DNA of 64,000 nt from Pelagomonas calceolata (GCA_918797485.1 CAKKNE010000002.1:2542001-2606000), one strand, 5' to 3'. Shown: positions 30,037 to 40,902, numbered from the stretch's first letter. The notes: generated from the letters alone by a model not told the origin. A program made the numbers and translations.

Positions 30037-32121
30037 ATGGTACAAACGCACGCGTACTTGAGGGGCGCGGCCACGCTGGCCTTCCAGGCCTACCAGTACC
30101 AGCGACGCCTGGACGAGGGCGACGACTCCCTGAATTTGGATTTTAACACGGGGTCGAAAGCCGGCGACGCCGTCCTCACTTGGTTCCTTGTATTTGTGAT
30201 GGTCTTCCTGTCGGCCATGTTTTCTGGTCTTACCTTAGGGTTGTTGGGACTGGACAAGACGGGGCTGGAGATCGTCATGGGCGGCGGTTCGCCGCAGGAG
30301 CGCGCGGACGCGAAGGTCATCTATCCCATCCGCGAAGACGGTAATAGATTGCTGTGTACCTTATTGTTGGGCAATGTGGCCGTCAACGCTTTGTTGAGTA
30401 TCACTCTAGCGGACATCGCGTCGTCGTTGATAGGCTTCTTCGCCTCCACAGCACTGATTGTCATCTTTGGCGAGATCCTGCCTCAAGCACTTTGTAGTAG
30501 ATACGCGCTCCGAGTCGGGGCGTCGTCCATGCCTCTCGTGAAGTTCTTCCTCATCATATTAGCGCCGGTCGCGGTACCCTTAGCAAAGGTCCTGGACTAT
30601 TTTCTCGAGGAAGACGTGGGAACAGTGCATACAAAAAATGAGATGATGCACTACTTGAAGCTCCACGCTAAAAGGGGCGGCCTGGACAACGAGTCCGGTT
30701 TAGTGATGCGCGGCGCGTTGGAGATGAAGGAAAAAAGAGTCAGAGAGGTGATGACGCCGCTCGAGGACGTGTACATGTTACCGGAGTCGACACGCCTGTC
30801 GTTCAAGGTCGTCAGGGAGATCTTCGAGCAGGGGTTTAGTCGGGTCCCGGTCTTTCGGGGAGAACGGCAAAGAATAGTAGGATTGCTCTTCGTGAAGGAC
30901 CTGATTTTTGTGGATCCCGAGGACGAGACCGCATTGACGTCGTTGTTAGGTATCTTCGCAAGAGGTTTGCAGATCGTGGACGAGACCGATAGTCTGGATG
31001 ATGTCTTGAGGATCTTCAAGGCCGGCCATGGGCATCTCGCGTTGGTGAGGCGAGGCGAAGTAACGAAGAAATTAACAGCGATCCAAGAAGACAGTAACGA
31101 GTCCAAGGAAGTGGAATTAACAGAAATGGGCGCGCCGCCCGTACCTGATCAAGCACCGTCGGTTTTCGTTGGGATAGTCACTCTAGAAGATATCGTCGAG
31201 GAAATTCTCGGCGACGAGATCATCGACGAGACGGACGTCTTTGTGGACGTGGACAACCACGTGAAAGTTGCTGGAAGATCTGATTTTGATTTTACCAAAC
31301 TAAGAAGGCTGGACGCGGAGTTTGTTGATGAACGCTTGAGTCCGGAGGAGGTGCAAGCGGTCACTAGTCATCTACTCACGAACGTGAAGGCTTTGCGACG
31401 TTCGACAACTCTGGATCGGGACGAGATGGCGCAATTAGTACGAAGATCAAGAGTTGTGGAGATAAGACGCAAGTCCAAGAACCCGCATTCCGACAAGATT
31501 CACGCGCAGGATCGGATCTATGTCCGGGGCGAGGCCGCTTCTTATGCTACGCTCGTGTTGAACGGCAAGCTCAGTGTCCTAGCGGGTGTTGATGGGTTCA
31601 GAGCCGAGGCCGGGCCCTGGACTGTGCTCGGGGCTGACGCCCTTGTGTCGGATGAAGGGTCATTTGTTCCTGATTTCAGCGCCCACGTGGCTACGGATAG
31701 CGTGCGCTGCGTCCATGTCACTAGAGCCGAATACGAGCGGGCCATTACGGGTCGAAGAAGGAGAGGGAGGCGAGGCATGGGGACGGACGGCGAAGAGTCC
31801 GATACTGGTAGGAGGGCGCGGCTCGGCCGGCGCGGCGAGATGGCCGAGAAGCGCCGACGTTTAGCAAGGATGGCCGGTCAAAATAGGGGCGCGCGCGCCG
31901 GCCGCGCGGCGCTGGACCAGTTCCGGGGCGAGCAGACCGGCGCGATGTCCGACGGCGAGCGGCCTTTGGCGGCGGCCCGCGGCGAGGAGAGCGGCGCGTC
32001 GTCCCAGGCGTTGGATGCGCTGGACGTGGGCTACGCCTCGGACCCACAACTCGGGTCGTCTCGCGAGGACCTGCTGGCGAATGCCACGAGCGGGAACGAG
32101 AGCGGGAGCGACGTGGACTGA
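30037..32121 (+). CDS. CNNM/CorB-type metal transporter (DUF21 + CBS pair + cNMP-like domain)
   Basis: SAMFSGLTLGLLGLD, LLCTLLLGNVAVN, IFGEILPQALC, GFSRVPVF, GIVTLEDIVEEILGDEIIDETD. Confidence 0.93.
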   Translation: MVQTHAYLRGAATLAFQAYQYQRRLDEGDDSLNLDFNTGSKAGDAVLTWFLVFVMVFLSAMFSGLTLGLLGLDKTGLEIVMGGGSPQERADAKVIYPIREDGNRLLCTLLLGNVAVNALLSITLADIASSLIGFFASTALIVIFGEILPQALCSRYALRVGASSMPLVKFFLIILAPVAVPLAKVLDYFLEEDVGTVHTKNEMMHYLKLHAKRGGLDNESGLVMRGALEMKEKRVREVMTPLEDVYMLPESTRLSFKVVREIFEQGFSRVPVFRGERQRIVGLLFVKDLIFVDPEDETALTSLLGIFARGLQIVDETDSLDDVLRIFKAGHGHLALVRRGEVTKKLTAIQEDSNESKEVELTEMGAPPVPDQAPSVFVGIVTLEDIVEEILGDEIIDETDVFVDVDNHVKVAGRSDFDFTKLRRLDAEFVDERLSPEEVQAVTSHLLTNVKALRRSTTLDRDEMAQLVRRSRVVEIRRKSKNPHSDKIHAQDRIYVRGEAASYATLVLNGKLSVLAGVDGFRAEAGPWTVLGADALVSDEGSFVPDFSAHVATDSVRCVHVTRAEYERAITGRRRRGRRGMGTDGEESDTGRRARLGRRGEMAEKRRRLARMAGQNRGARAGRAALDQFRGEQTGAMSDGERPLAAARGEESGASSQALDALDVGYASDPQLGSSREDLLANATSGNESGSDVD

Positions 32122-32833
32122 TCTGATGTGTGTTTGGTTTGGGGTGGTGCCTGCCCTGGTAATCGAACTTTCTGTTGAATTTTACTAGCCTTTGGGTGGT
32201 CGGGCCTCGCGCGCCGCCGCCGCAGTGGCCCGGAAGCGCTTTTTGAGGTAGCTAAGTGTGCTTTGGGGCGGAGAGGGACTGGTGGCGTCCACTTGCATCC
32301 CCGGGGCGAGAGATTCGCATCCTCGTAAAAAACTACTAGGGCGGTTTCTCCACGAAAATCCCAGCTGCGGCCGGCGGAGGCCTTCCGAGGCCCCCGGGGC
32401 GTGCTTAAGAGTCCTCAGGCGCCGTGGCGACCGGAATTGCGGCCGCCACGAGGAGGAGGCGAGCTGTTGCGGCGCAAGAGCTCGCGTCGTCTTGTGCGCG
32501 CCGTCGAGCCGGAGAGCAGCGGCGTAGTGGGTGGTCAGGGTCCTCAGCCAAGCCGCTGAGCCCAGCAGCACGCCCGACGCGCTCCGTAATACGAGCAAGA
32601 ACCCGAGAGTGCTCTCCCAGCACTTCAGGGGCTTCGTACGTCGCGCTACCCCCCTTTGGGGCCGCCGCGACCGGTCCCAGACCTTGCGGCCGACCTAGAG
32701 TCGAAAAAGGCCAGCCTAGACCACCAGAAAGCTAGCGCTCCGGCCGCCGCGGCCTCGAGCAGCGCGAAACCCCGAAGAAGCCAGCGCTCCGGCCGCCGCG
32801 GGCCGCCGGAGCACCATCGGCAACCCGTTCAGC

Positions 32834-34366
32834 ATGCCGCGCCGCGCGGCGGCCGGCAAGCCGCCGACCTATTCCTTTGTGGAGGTGCCCGACGCGGCCA
32901 AGCGGCCGCCGCTCGGCGACTCCATGGTCGAGGTGCCCGCGACGCGCCAGCGCTGGCTGGGCATGAAGGACGAGCTCAAGGGGCTGTGTGATGAGGCTGT
33001 TAGAAGACGAGCGCTGAAACTCCTCAGTCGAGGCGCAAGGCCGAGGACCGCCTTGGCGTCGGCCGGCGCGCCTTTATACGAAGCCTACATCGCCGATAGA
33101 TTAGATCTCGACGACCCCTTGGACGGTTTAGTAGTCCGCCACCGCGTCACGGGCTGGCTCCAGGGCTTTGTCACGAGGACGACGTTCACGACGTGGACCC
33201 CGCACTTCATGTGGGACAGCCGCCACCACGCGGCGGGCCTCAAGGGCCTGGTCGGGAGCGGGCGCAAGCTCGACAGCGGCGTGGCGCGGGGGCGGAGCGG
33301 CGGCGGCGCGCTGCCGCCGCCGCCGCGCGCCGGCGGCGCCGGCGCCGACCGGAAGCGCGCCTGCAAGGTCACGGCGCCGCCGACGAACGACCCCCACTTG
33401 CTGCCCGGTGAGTCTCTGGCGGAAGCGTTAGAACGGCAACCGAGAGAAGGAGACTGGCGGACGACGGGCATCGTCTGGCCGCAAGTTGCGGAAGTGTCGT
33501 TGTTAGCTGCTTTAGGATGTGGCGACTGGCTGCTCGGTGTGATCCTTGAAGAGTTATCAAGGGACCCGCGCTACGAGTTTTGTGTGGTGGCTTCTACTCC
33601 TGGTGCTGCGACGTTTTATGAGCGCCATGGCTTCGTAAGGGTGGGTGCCATTGCGCGCTACCTCGATCCGGAAGTGGATGATGTTGAGTCCACCGCAGCA
33701 CCAGCAAAACCCTGGCAGGCTTATAGACATTGGGCCTGGGGCGACGAGCGGCGCGAATCTTTGCGCGACAACCACGGCGAACCGTCGTACATGATGGCGC
33801 GGCGGGTGAGACCGAGAACCGGTGATGATTTAAGGGCAGCCAACGCCGTCTTGCGCCAGCGCGACGAGCGCATGTCGCGGCCGCGGCCGCGCGTGCAGCC
33901 CTCGCAAAACCCGGCGCCGGCGCCGTCGTACAGCTCGCCGGACTACTTCGTGCCGCCGCCCACGTCCTACCAGGCGCCGCGGTCGCCGTCGCCTTCGCCG
34001 CCGCCGCCGCCCGCGCGCAAGCCGGCAGCCAAACCCGCGGCGCGGAAGCCGAATCCTCCTCGCGCCGCGAAGCCGTCGTCGAAACCTGTACAACCGCCGC
34101 GCGCGGCCAAGCCCGCTTCCTATAAGCCGGCGGCGAAGCCCGCAGCGAAGCCCGCAGCCTACAAGCCCGCGGCGAAGCCGTCGGCGAAGCCGGCCGCGAA
34201 ACCATCGGCAAAACCGGCGAAGCGCAAGACCCCGGCCGCGAAGCCGTCGGCACCGCTAAAGAAGAAGCCGCGCGCGAAAGTAAGCAACGCAAAGCCGCCG
34301 CGGCGGCAGGCCGCGCTCGCCGCCAAGGACGCGCTCCTCGACGACGCCCGGCGGGGCAAGACGTAG
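32834..34366 (+). CDS. Putative GNAT-fold protein with histone-H1-like KPAA-repeat C-terminal tail
   Basis: EVSLLAALGCGDWLL...FCVVASTPGAATFYERHGF (GNAT motif A/B-like); tail KPAAKPAAKPAAYKPAAKPSAK. Confidence 0.65.
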   Translation: MPRRAAAGKPPTYSFVEVPDAAKRPPLGDSMVEVPATRQRWLGMKDELKGLCDEAVRRRALKLLSRGARPRTALASAGAPLYEAYIADRLDLDDPLDGLVVRHRVTGWLQGFVTRTTFTTWTPHFMWDSRHHAAGLKGLVGSGRKLDSGVARGRSGGGALPPPPRAGGAGADRKRACKVTAPPTNDPHLLPGESLAEALERQPREGDWRTTGIVWPQVAEVSLLAALGCGDWLLGVILEELSRDPRYEFCVVASTPGAATFYERHGFVRVGAIARYLDPEVDDVESTAAPAKPWQAYRHWAWGDERRESLRDNHGEPSYMMARRVRPRTGDDLRAANAVLRQRDERMSRPRPRVQPSQNPAPAPSYSSPDYFVPPPTSYQAPRSPSPSPPPPPARKPAAKPAARKPNPPRAAKPSSKPVQPPRAAKPASYKPAAKPAAKPAAYKPAAKPSAKPAAKPSAKPAKRKTPAAKPSAPLKKKPRAKVSNAKPPRRQAALAAKDALLDDARRGKT

Positions 34367-34838
34367 CGTATGTGTGCCGCGTCTTTTTTTATTTCGTTGC
34401 GTCGAGAAGACGAGACCGAGATACTTCTTTCCCCAAGTGACCGACTCTGAACAGACCAAGCCCCCGGCGCCCTACTTACAAGCCGGCGTTCGGGCGGCGA
34501 TCCGATCGACGAAGCCTACACACCGCGCGTTCCGCCGTACTCCCGGTCCGTTTCTCACCGCCTCCGCCCGCGCAGGCACATCCAACTTCCCTCTAAACAA
34601 GTCCGGCCCGCGCGCGCGCCGCTCGCGCGCGGCCAATCGCGGAGGCGCACCTGGCCCCTCCGCGCCGCAATCATGAATGCTGCGTGTATCTAGTATGCGG
34701 ACATAACATTATCGCACCGAGTTTGTTCTCCTAGTCGCGTGGCGTCGCGTCGATGGCGTGAAGTGGCGTGGCCGCGTGGAGTGAAGTGTGCCATTGGAGT
34801 GCTAGTGGCGTACTAGACAGATTAGACAGGGTACGAAC

Positions 34839-36545
34839 TTAAGCCACGACAACAGTCTTCTCGCGCGCCCAGCGCGACGCTTGCCCGTCGCCGTCCGCGA
34901 GCGCGGCGACGACCTCGGCGAGATTGTCGCACGCGGCGCACGTCTGCTCGAGCTCCGCGGGGGTGACGTCCTGCGACGCCCGGGAGTCCCAGGCTTGCCA
35001 GAAGGCGCCCATTTCGAGCGCGTCCATTTGTCGCCGCAACACGTAGTGCTCAACCATCTGGCGGGCCTCGGTGCGTTGTACGTAGCCGAGCCGTAGCCGC
35101 ACGTCGACGCGGCCCGGCCGCACGAGGGCCGGGTCGAGCCGCTCCGGGTGGTTCGTCGTCATAATTAAGATTCTGTCCGGCGTATCCACAACACCATCGA
35201 GCACGTTGAGGATTCCCGACAAGTCGAGCCGGTCGCGGGTCGGCTTTAACGCGCCCGTTAACGCCATCGTGGGGCCGGAGATTGCCTTGTCGTCGCCATT
35301 GAAGAGGCACTCGAGCAAAGCCTTGATCGGGTCGCCGTCTTTCTCCATGGGCGCTGGCGCCGGCGCAGGCACCGGCTCGGGCGTCGAACCCGACCGCTTA
35401 AGCACGACCGACGACGCCGCGTCGACGTCTTCCAGCACGAACACGGTCTGCTTGAAAGTTAATCGAACGGGCACGTCGGCGTCGGCCACGCCGTACTTCA
35501 TGTCGAAGACCGCGTCGAAGAGCTCCTGGTTCGTCTTGATGCGGCCCAGCGGGATCGAGACGATAGAACGGTCCAACCGCGCCGCCAGGGCCTTGATCAG
35601 CGACGTCTTGCCCGTGCCGGGCGGGCCGTGCAGCAACACGCCGAGCTTCTTCGGCGAGCCCTTGACGGCAAATCGCCCGGCACCGGCGTGGAACGCGTCT
35701 AGGAGCGACAGCAACTCGTCCTTCTCCGGGAAGAAGAGCGAGTCGAACGTCTTCGACGCCGCGAGGCGGTAGCGCTTGTACGTCGCCGCGCCGGATCCGT
35801 CGTCCGAGTCGTCGTCCTTGGCGCCGCCGCCGCCGCCCGCGCGGACGTAGAGGTGCCGGCCGCCGGCCTCCTCCTTCGCCGTCTGCTCGACGTACGCGTC
35901 GAAGGCCGTCTCCAGGAACGCCTCGATGGGCGAGAGCTCGTCGCACGCCAGGCGGAAATCGATGGACGTCGTCGAGTTGTCCTTGCCCTCCTCCTTGTCC
36001 TCCTGGCCGTCGTCGACGGCGCGCATCACCTTCAGGTCGCCGGGGGCGCCCGGTACCGACACCCACACGTCATCGGGCACGGCGGACACGACGTCGTACT
36101 GCCTGAGGAGCGCCGACGTCGTCCCGAAGGACTTGTTCCAGCGGTGCCTGCCCGCGCCCTTCTCGGAGGCGCCGCGCGCCAGCAACCGGAGCTTCGCGTC
36201 GTCGGCGCCGTCGAGCGCGCCGCACCGGACTAGATGCCAGGCGATCGCCTTCTGGAGCACCTCGTTCTTCGCCTCGGGCTCGATCTTGGAGCCGCGGCCC
36301 CAGCGCGTCGGGCGCCGCTCGACGCGGACGATGCGCTCGAAGCGCTTCTTGCGTCGCAAGCCGGTGCCGGCCGCAGAGCGGATCACGTCCCGCAGCCGCT
36401 CCGACGACGTCGCGACGAGCGCAATGAGCGTCGGGAGGAACGCCACCACGAAGAGGTCGACGTTTCTGTTGCCCGTGCGCAGGGCGTTCATGAGCCCGAG
36501 CTCCAGCGCGCCCGTGCCTCCTCGGTTGTCGCCGCCGCCCGCCAT
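34839..36545 (-). CDS. BCS1-like AAA ATPase
   Basis: KTFDSLFFPEK, GVLLHGPPGTGKTS, FVLEDVD, LDLSGILNVLDGVVDTPDRILIMTTNHPERLDPALVRPGRVD. Confidence 0.9.
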   Translation of the reverse strand: MAGGGDNRGGTGALELGLMNALRTGNRNVDLFVVAFLPTLIALVATSSERLRDVIRSAAGTGLRRKKRFERIVRVERRPTRWGRGSKIEPEAKNEVLQKAIAWHLVRCGALDGADDAKLRLLARGASEKGAGRHRWNKSFGTTSALLRQYDVVSAVPDDVWVSVPGAPGDLKVMRAVDDGQEDKEEGKDNSTTSIDFRLACDELSPIEAFLETAFDAYVEQTAKEEAGGRHLYVRAGGGGGAKDDDSDDGSGAATYKRYRLAASKTFDSLFFPEKDELLSLLDAFHAGAGRFAVKGSPKKLGVLLHGPPGTGKTSLIKALAARLDRSIVSIPLGRIKTNQELFDAVFDMKYGVADADVPVRLTFKQTVFVLEDVDAASSVVLKRSGSTPEPVPAPAPAPMEKDGDPIKALLECLFNGDDKAISGPTMALTGALKPTRDRLDLSGILNVLDGVVDTPDRILIMTTNHPERLDPALVRPGRVDVRLRLGYVQRTEARQMVEHYVLRRQMDALEMGAFWQAWDSRASQDVTPAELEQTCAACDNLAEVVAALADGDGQASRWAREKTVVVA

Positions 36546-36953
36546 TCCTATATTGTGTCGTTATGCAAGAGATTACTTTGTTTGCGCGTTTTTTGTTTGG
36601 CTGCCCCAACTCTGGCAGAGCGCGCTTTTGGAGAGTGTTCCTCAATATATCCTTCGGAATGACGCGGCACCATTACGGGGCGTCTAGGGACGAGTCTAAG
36701 GACGGATCTATGCTTCCGCTTGGAACTCCTAGAAGCAAGTTCCTGGGCCAAGGAGCATCGCTCCCAGAGGCTGCCCAAATCACGTCAACCGTCGCATAGA
36801 ACGCGACCACGACGCTGCAATTTGTGCAAAAGACACCAGCAACCACGTCTCCAGCAACCGCATCCAGAGGCGTGCCGTGGCGACGGCGGCGGGGACGACG
36901 GAAGCTGCAGACACAGCAAAACACTCGCTACACACAGCAAAACACTCGCTGCA

Positions 36954-38654
36954 ATGTCGCACAACGCGACTCACACTATGGACAAGGAGCACGGGGCCAC
37001 GGCGTCGTCGCTCTGGACGATCCTCGCGGCCGTGGCGCTGCCGCTCATCTTCAACGCGCTGCTCGAGCAGTCGCAGAGCGCGCTCGTGAACTACGTCAAC
37101 GCCTGGGGCAATTGGCTCGCGGGCCTCGTGGACGGCGAGCAAGTCTCGCGCGTCGTCGAGCGCGTCGAGGTCTTCGACCGCAACGGGTACGGCTGCGGAG
37201 GCGGCGCCGACGACGAGGACCGCAACGAGATCCTCATCACGGCCGTCCTCGCCTACGCGTCGGCGCATCCCGTTAAGGGTGAATTGACGGCGCGCGTGAG
37301 CTTGCTGCCGCAGGATGTCACGCACTCAAACGACGACTCGGACTCGGACGCCGACGAGCCCTACTCCGCGGCCGGCGAGCTGCGGAAATTAAGGGTCACG
37401 ACGCGGCCGGCGCCGGACGTCGACGTGACCGTGGCCGAGGCGTCGGCCACGCGGCCGCGCGTGCGCCTCCGCCTCACGCGCGCCTCGAAGACGAAGAAGG
37501 CCGACGAGAAGGCCGCGTCGGCGGCCTCGGGGCAGACGACCGTCACGACGACGCTGCGCCTGGCGGCCTGCGGCGCCAAGGCCGAGGAGGCCATCGACGA
37601 GTTCGTGGACCGAGCCTTCGCGTTCCACGCGGCGCGTTTGAAGCGAGCGGAGGACGCGCAGGGCCGCTACATGTTCACGCCCATCCCGGACTCTGACGCC
37701 TCCTGGAAGAAGTACCGGCTCTCGGACGAGAAGACCTTCGACTCGTTGTTCTTCGCTGAAAAGGCTCGCGTGCTGTCTTCGCTAGACGCCTTCGAGGCCA
37801 AGACGGGCAAGTACGAGATCCCCGGCTTCCCGCACAAATTGGGATTGCTGCTCTGGGGCCCGCCCGGCACGGGCAAGACGTCGTTGATCAAGGCGATCGC
37901 CAACAAGACGCGGCGCCACGTCGTCAACATCAAGCTGTCCCAGGTCGGCACGAACCAGAAGCTCGCCGACTGGCTCTTCGACGAGCGGTACCACGTCGAC
38001 GGCGAGGCGACGAAGGTCGCGGTGAACGAGTGCATCTTCGTCTTCGAGGACGTCGACTGCGTCTCTGACGTCGTGCTCTCGCGCGAGGCCAAGGGCGCCG
38101 ACGCGGCGCCGGCGGGTTCGGATGATCGGTTGTCGCTCGCGGGGCTCCTGAACGTGTTAGATGGGGTGGTGGATTCTCCCGGTAGAATCGTGATCATGAC
38201 GTCGAATCACCCGGAGAAGCTGGATCCGGCGTTGGTTCGTCCAGGACGAATTAATTTGGCGCTCTACCTCGGCTTCGTCACGGCGGATTCGGCCAGCGCG
38301 ATGGTCAAGCACTACTTCGGCGACGACGGCTCGGCCGTCGGCGTCGCCGTCGATGCGCTATCGCGTTTCGACCGGCGCTTCTCGCCGGCCCAGCTCGAGC
38401 ATTTGTGCGCGACGCACGCCTCGGCCGCGTTACTGGCGCAGTCCCTCGCCGCGATCCTCGACCGCGCTCGCGCGGACGCAGACGTCCATGAGGTCCAAGC
38501 TGTCCTCGACGACGTCGTTGCGGCCGTCGTGGCGCGTGCAGACAGCAAGGAGGAGGCGCCCCTCGTTGCGCGCGTTTCGTCGGAGTCGCTCGCGGATCTG
38601 GAGAAGAAGGCCCCGTGCCTACGGCGATCCGTCTCCGAGGCCGGGGCGCCCTAG
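36954..38654 (+). CDS. BCS1-like AAA ATPase (paralog, divergent orientation)
   Basis: N-terminal TM, KTFDSLFFAEK, GLLLWGPPGTGKTS, FVFEDVD, LSLAGLLNVLDGVVDSPGRIVIMTSNHPEKLDPALVRPGRI. Confidence 0.9.
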   Translation: MSHNATHTMDKEHGATASSLWTILAAVALPLIFNALLEQSQSALVNYVNAWGNWLAGLVDGEQVSRVVERVEVFDRNGYGCGGGADDEDRNEILITAVLAYASAHPVKGELTARVSLLPQDVTHSNDDSDSDADEPYSAAGELRKLRVTTRPAPDVDVTVAEASATRPRVRLRLTRASKTKKADEKAASAASGQTTVTTTLRLAACGAKAEEAIDEFVDRAFAFHAARLKRAEDAQGRYMFTPIPDSDASWKKYRLSDEKTFDSLFFAEKARVLSSLDAFEAKTGKYEIPGFPHKLGLLLWGPPGTGKTSLIKAIANKTRRHVVNIKLSQVGTNQKLADWLFDERYHVDGEATKVAVNECIFVFEDVDCVSDVVLSREAKGADAAPAGSDDRLSLAGLLNVLDGVVDSPGRIVIMTSNHPEKLDPALVRPGRINLALYLGFVTADSASAMVKHYFGDDGSAVGVAVDALSRFDRRFSPAQLEHLCATHASAALLAQSLAAILDRARADADVHEVQAVLDDVVAAVVARADSKEEAPLVARVSSESLADLEKKAPCLRRSVSEAGAP

Positions 38655-38673
38655 TTTAGTTGTGTGATCAAGT

Positions 38674-40092
38674 TTAAGATACAAAACTATTAAGCACGTC
38701 CCCGACAGCCTCGAGCGCCGCCTTCGGTCGGTCCTCGCTGGACATCGCGTCGAGGGCCGCGTCGCTCGCTTCGAGGGCGTCGAGCGCGCTCCTGAGCATT
38801 TCCGATTCGTCTCCAACATTGATGTCGACGGTCCGGACGGGGACCTCCACAAGCGGCGGTTCTTCCAGTCCGATCCCGTCGTGGTACTCCAGTACGAGAG
38901 CGACCGCCTTTTCGGGCAATTTTCGAGGCAATACCAGGCGCACGGCGGCCTCGTAGTCGTCGCGCGCGGCCTCGGCCATGAGTTTCGCGCCTAATTCATT
39001 ATCTCCTACATCAAAGGCGCGCTCGGCGGTCTCGACTCTCGCCTCGGGCAGCTTCTGAGCACATGCGTAGGCGAGCAGGAAATCAGAAAGTCTATCATCA
39101 TATTCCACGACCAGCCCCTCGAGAAACAACCCCGCCAAGTCAAAGCACGCCGACGCGAGGCCCATGAGCGCCGCCTTCCGCAGCAACAAATAGCCCCGCG
39201 TCCTCGCGCACGTCGCTCTTGCCAACGCCGCCTCGGGCCCGTCCGGGTCCGCGCGCGTCCCGGACGTCAACTCCCTCAATTCGCGCGAAAGCACGTTGCG
39301 CCTGGCTTTAAAACTCTCGATATCCGTCAGCGTCTCGTCCTCCTCGTCCACGGCGCGCCGCGCGCGCTCGACGGCCTCGTAGAGGTCGATCAGCTTCTCG
39401 CCGGCCGCGAACGTCTCGCCGTCGCCCGAGCGGTACTCCCACCAGGACCAGTCGTAGACGGCGCGCGCGTCGTCTCCTTTCAATGCCGCGTCCTGGAGCC
39501 GCATCAGCTGCGCGTAGGCGTCGTCACGATACACGCCCGAACACACGGGGCACTCCTGATTCGGCGCCGCCTCGAGGCACCGTCGACAACACATCTTGCC
39601 GCAGCAGGGCGACCGGTGCCGATGTTCCAGGCGACACCGCCGGTTCAAATCGACGCGGCACACACTACATAATTCTCGGATCGAATTCGATGGCAGCGGC
39701 CACTGGGGAAAGTTCGCCGGCGCGAGCGGGTCCAGGTCCACGTCCTCCTTCATTTGTACGACGTCGGCCTCCGCGGGGATCGTGTCCTCGAGCCACGGCT
39801 GCACCGGCGGCGGCGGCGCCTTGGGCCTCGAGTCGTCGACCCAGAAGTCGTCCGGCTCCGTATTCTCGTCGTCATCGGCTAGCTCCTGCATGACGCTGGT
39901 TCTGTAGGCGACGTTGCCGCGCGCGCGGGCCGCGGCGGCGCCAAGGCGCGCGACGGCGCCGAGGCCGAGCTTCGGCTTGATTGTTTCGCGCACCGGGCGG
40001 TGCTTCGTCTTCGGCGTCGGCGCCGCCCGCCGCGGCAGGTCGCGCTGGCGCCTGGTGGTTTTGGGTGCTGAGTTCCTTGGTGCGAAGGCCAT
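38674..40092 (-). CDS. RING-like zinc finger + Sel1-like repeat protein
   Basis: CSVC...PCCGKMCCRRC...CPVC followed by AALKGDDARAVYD and AALMGLASACFDLAGLFLEG. Confidence 0.6.
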   Translation of the reverse strand: MAFAPRNSAPKTTRRQRDLPRRAAPTPKTKHRPVRETIKPKLGLGAVARLGAAAARARGNVAYRTSVMQELADDDENTEPDDFWVDDSRPKAPPPPVQPWLEDTIPAEADVVQMKEDVDLDPLAPANFPQWPLPSNSIRELCSVCRVDLNRRCRLEHRHRSPCCGKMCCRRCLEAAPNQECPVCSGVYRDDAYAQLMRLQDAALKGDDARAVYDWSWWEYRSGDGETFAAGEKLIDLYEAVERARRAVDEEDETLTDIESFKARRNVLSRELRELTSGTRADPDGPEAALARATCARTRGYLLLRKAALMGLASACFDLAGLFLEGLVVEYDDRLSDFLLAYACAQKLPEARVETAERAFDVGDNELGAKLMAEAARDDYEAAVRLVLPRKLPEKAVALVLEYHDGIGLEEPPLVEVPVRTVDINVGDESEMLRSALDALEASDAALDAMSSEDRPKAALEAVGDVLNSFVS

Positions 40093-40344
40093 TATCGGTG
40101 CTCAAAAGGCTGCCCTGGCTCGGCGGTTGGTGGTGCAAGGCGGCTTTTTTATTGTGGCGAGTGGATTAAGGCTGCATCGCAATTATATTGCCCTGCTCTC
40201 ATCGTGTTCAAACTTTCTAGTGGGGGGTCACGCTAGCCATCGAACCGGTCCGGGAAGAATGGCCACGAAAAGAAGGGGGAAGAAGCGGCGCAAAGCTGCC
40301 GCCAGGCCCTTGTTCACAACGAATTTCGTGCGGGTACTTACGCG

Positions 40345-40902
40345 TCAGTTGTCGCGCAGCCCCGCGATGTCCTTCTGCAGCCCGCCGAGCTCCTCGGTGG
40401 CGGCGCGGATGATGCGCTCGAGTTTTGATGCTCGATCCTCCAACGCCTTGATGCGCGCGGGGTCGACCGCCGGCGGCCGCGGCGGCGGGATGGCATAATA
40501 CAGGTCCGGCTCCGCCTTCGGGGGCGTCTTCTTTGGAGCTGGCTTCGGCTTTGTCGCCGGCGCCGCTGTCCGCGCGCCGCGGGACGGTGGCCGCCGCGCC
40601 GGCTTCTCCGCGGTACAACTCCGCTGGTGTATCGCGAGGCGGTCGGGCGCGAAGGTCCGGCCGCAGTGCTCGCACGTGGCCATGTTCGCCTCGAGCGCGG
40701 CGTAGGCCATGTCGTTGTACTGGTCCGGCGTCATTCCTTCCGTCGATGCTGTGGGCGCGGTGGGCGGCGGTCTCCGCTCGCTCGGCGGTAGTAGTGCTTG
40801 TCTTTGGTTGTAGAGTTCCAAGCACTGCTCGAGATGAATAGGCATGCTGTCTTTAAAGTACTGACGCCCGCAGATGTGGCACACGAGCCCTTGCGGTGCC
40901 AT
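40345..40902 (-). CDS. C2HC zinc-finger protein (zf-C2HC_2, ZNF474/ZC2HC1-like)
   Basis: CHICGRQY...SMPIHLEQC and CEHCGRTFAPDRLAIHQRSC. Confidence 0.8.
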   Translation of the reverse strand: MAPQGLVCHICGRQYFKDSMPIHLEQCLELYNQRQALLPPSERRPPPTAPTASTEGMTPDQYNDMAYAALEANMATCEHCGRTFAPDRLAIHQRSCTAEKPARRPPSRGARTAAPATKPKPAPKKTPPKAEPDLYYAIPPPRPPAVDPARIKALEDRASKLERIIRAATEELGGLQKDIAGLRDN

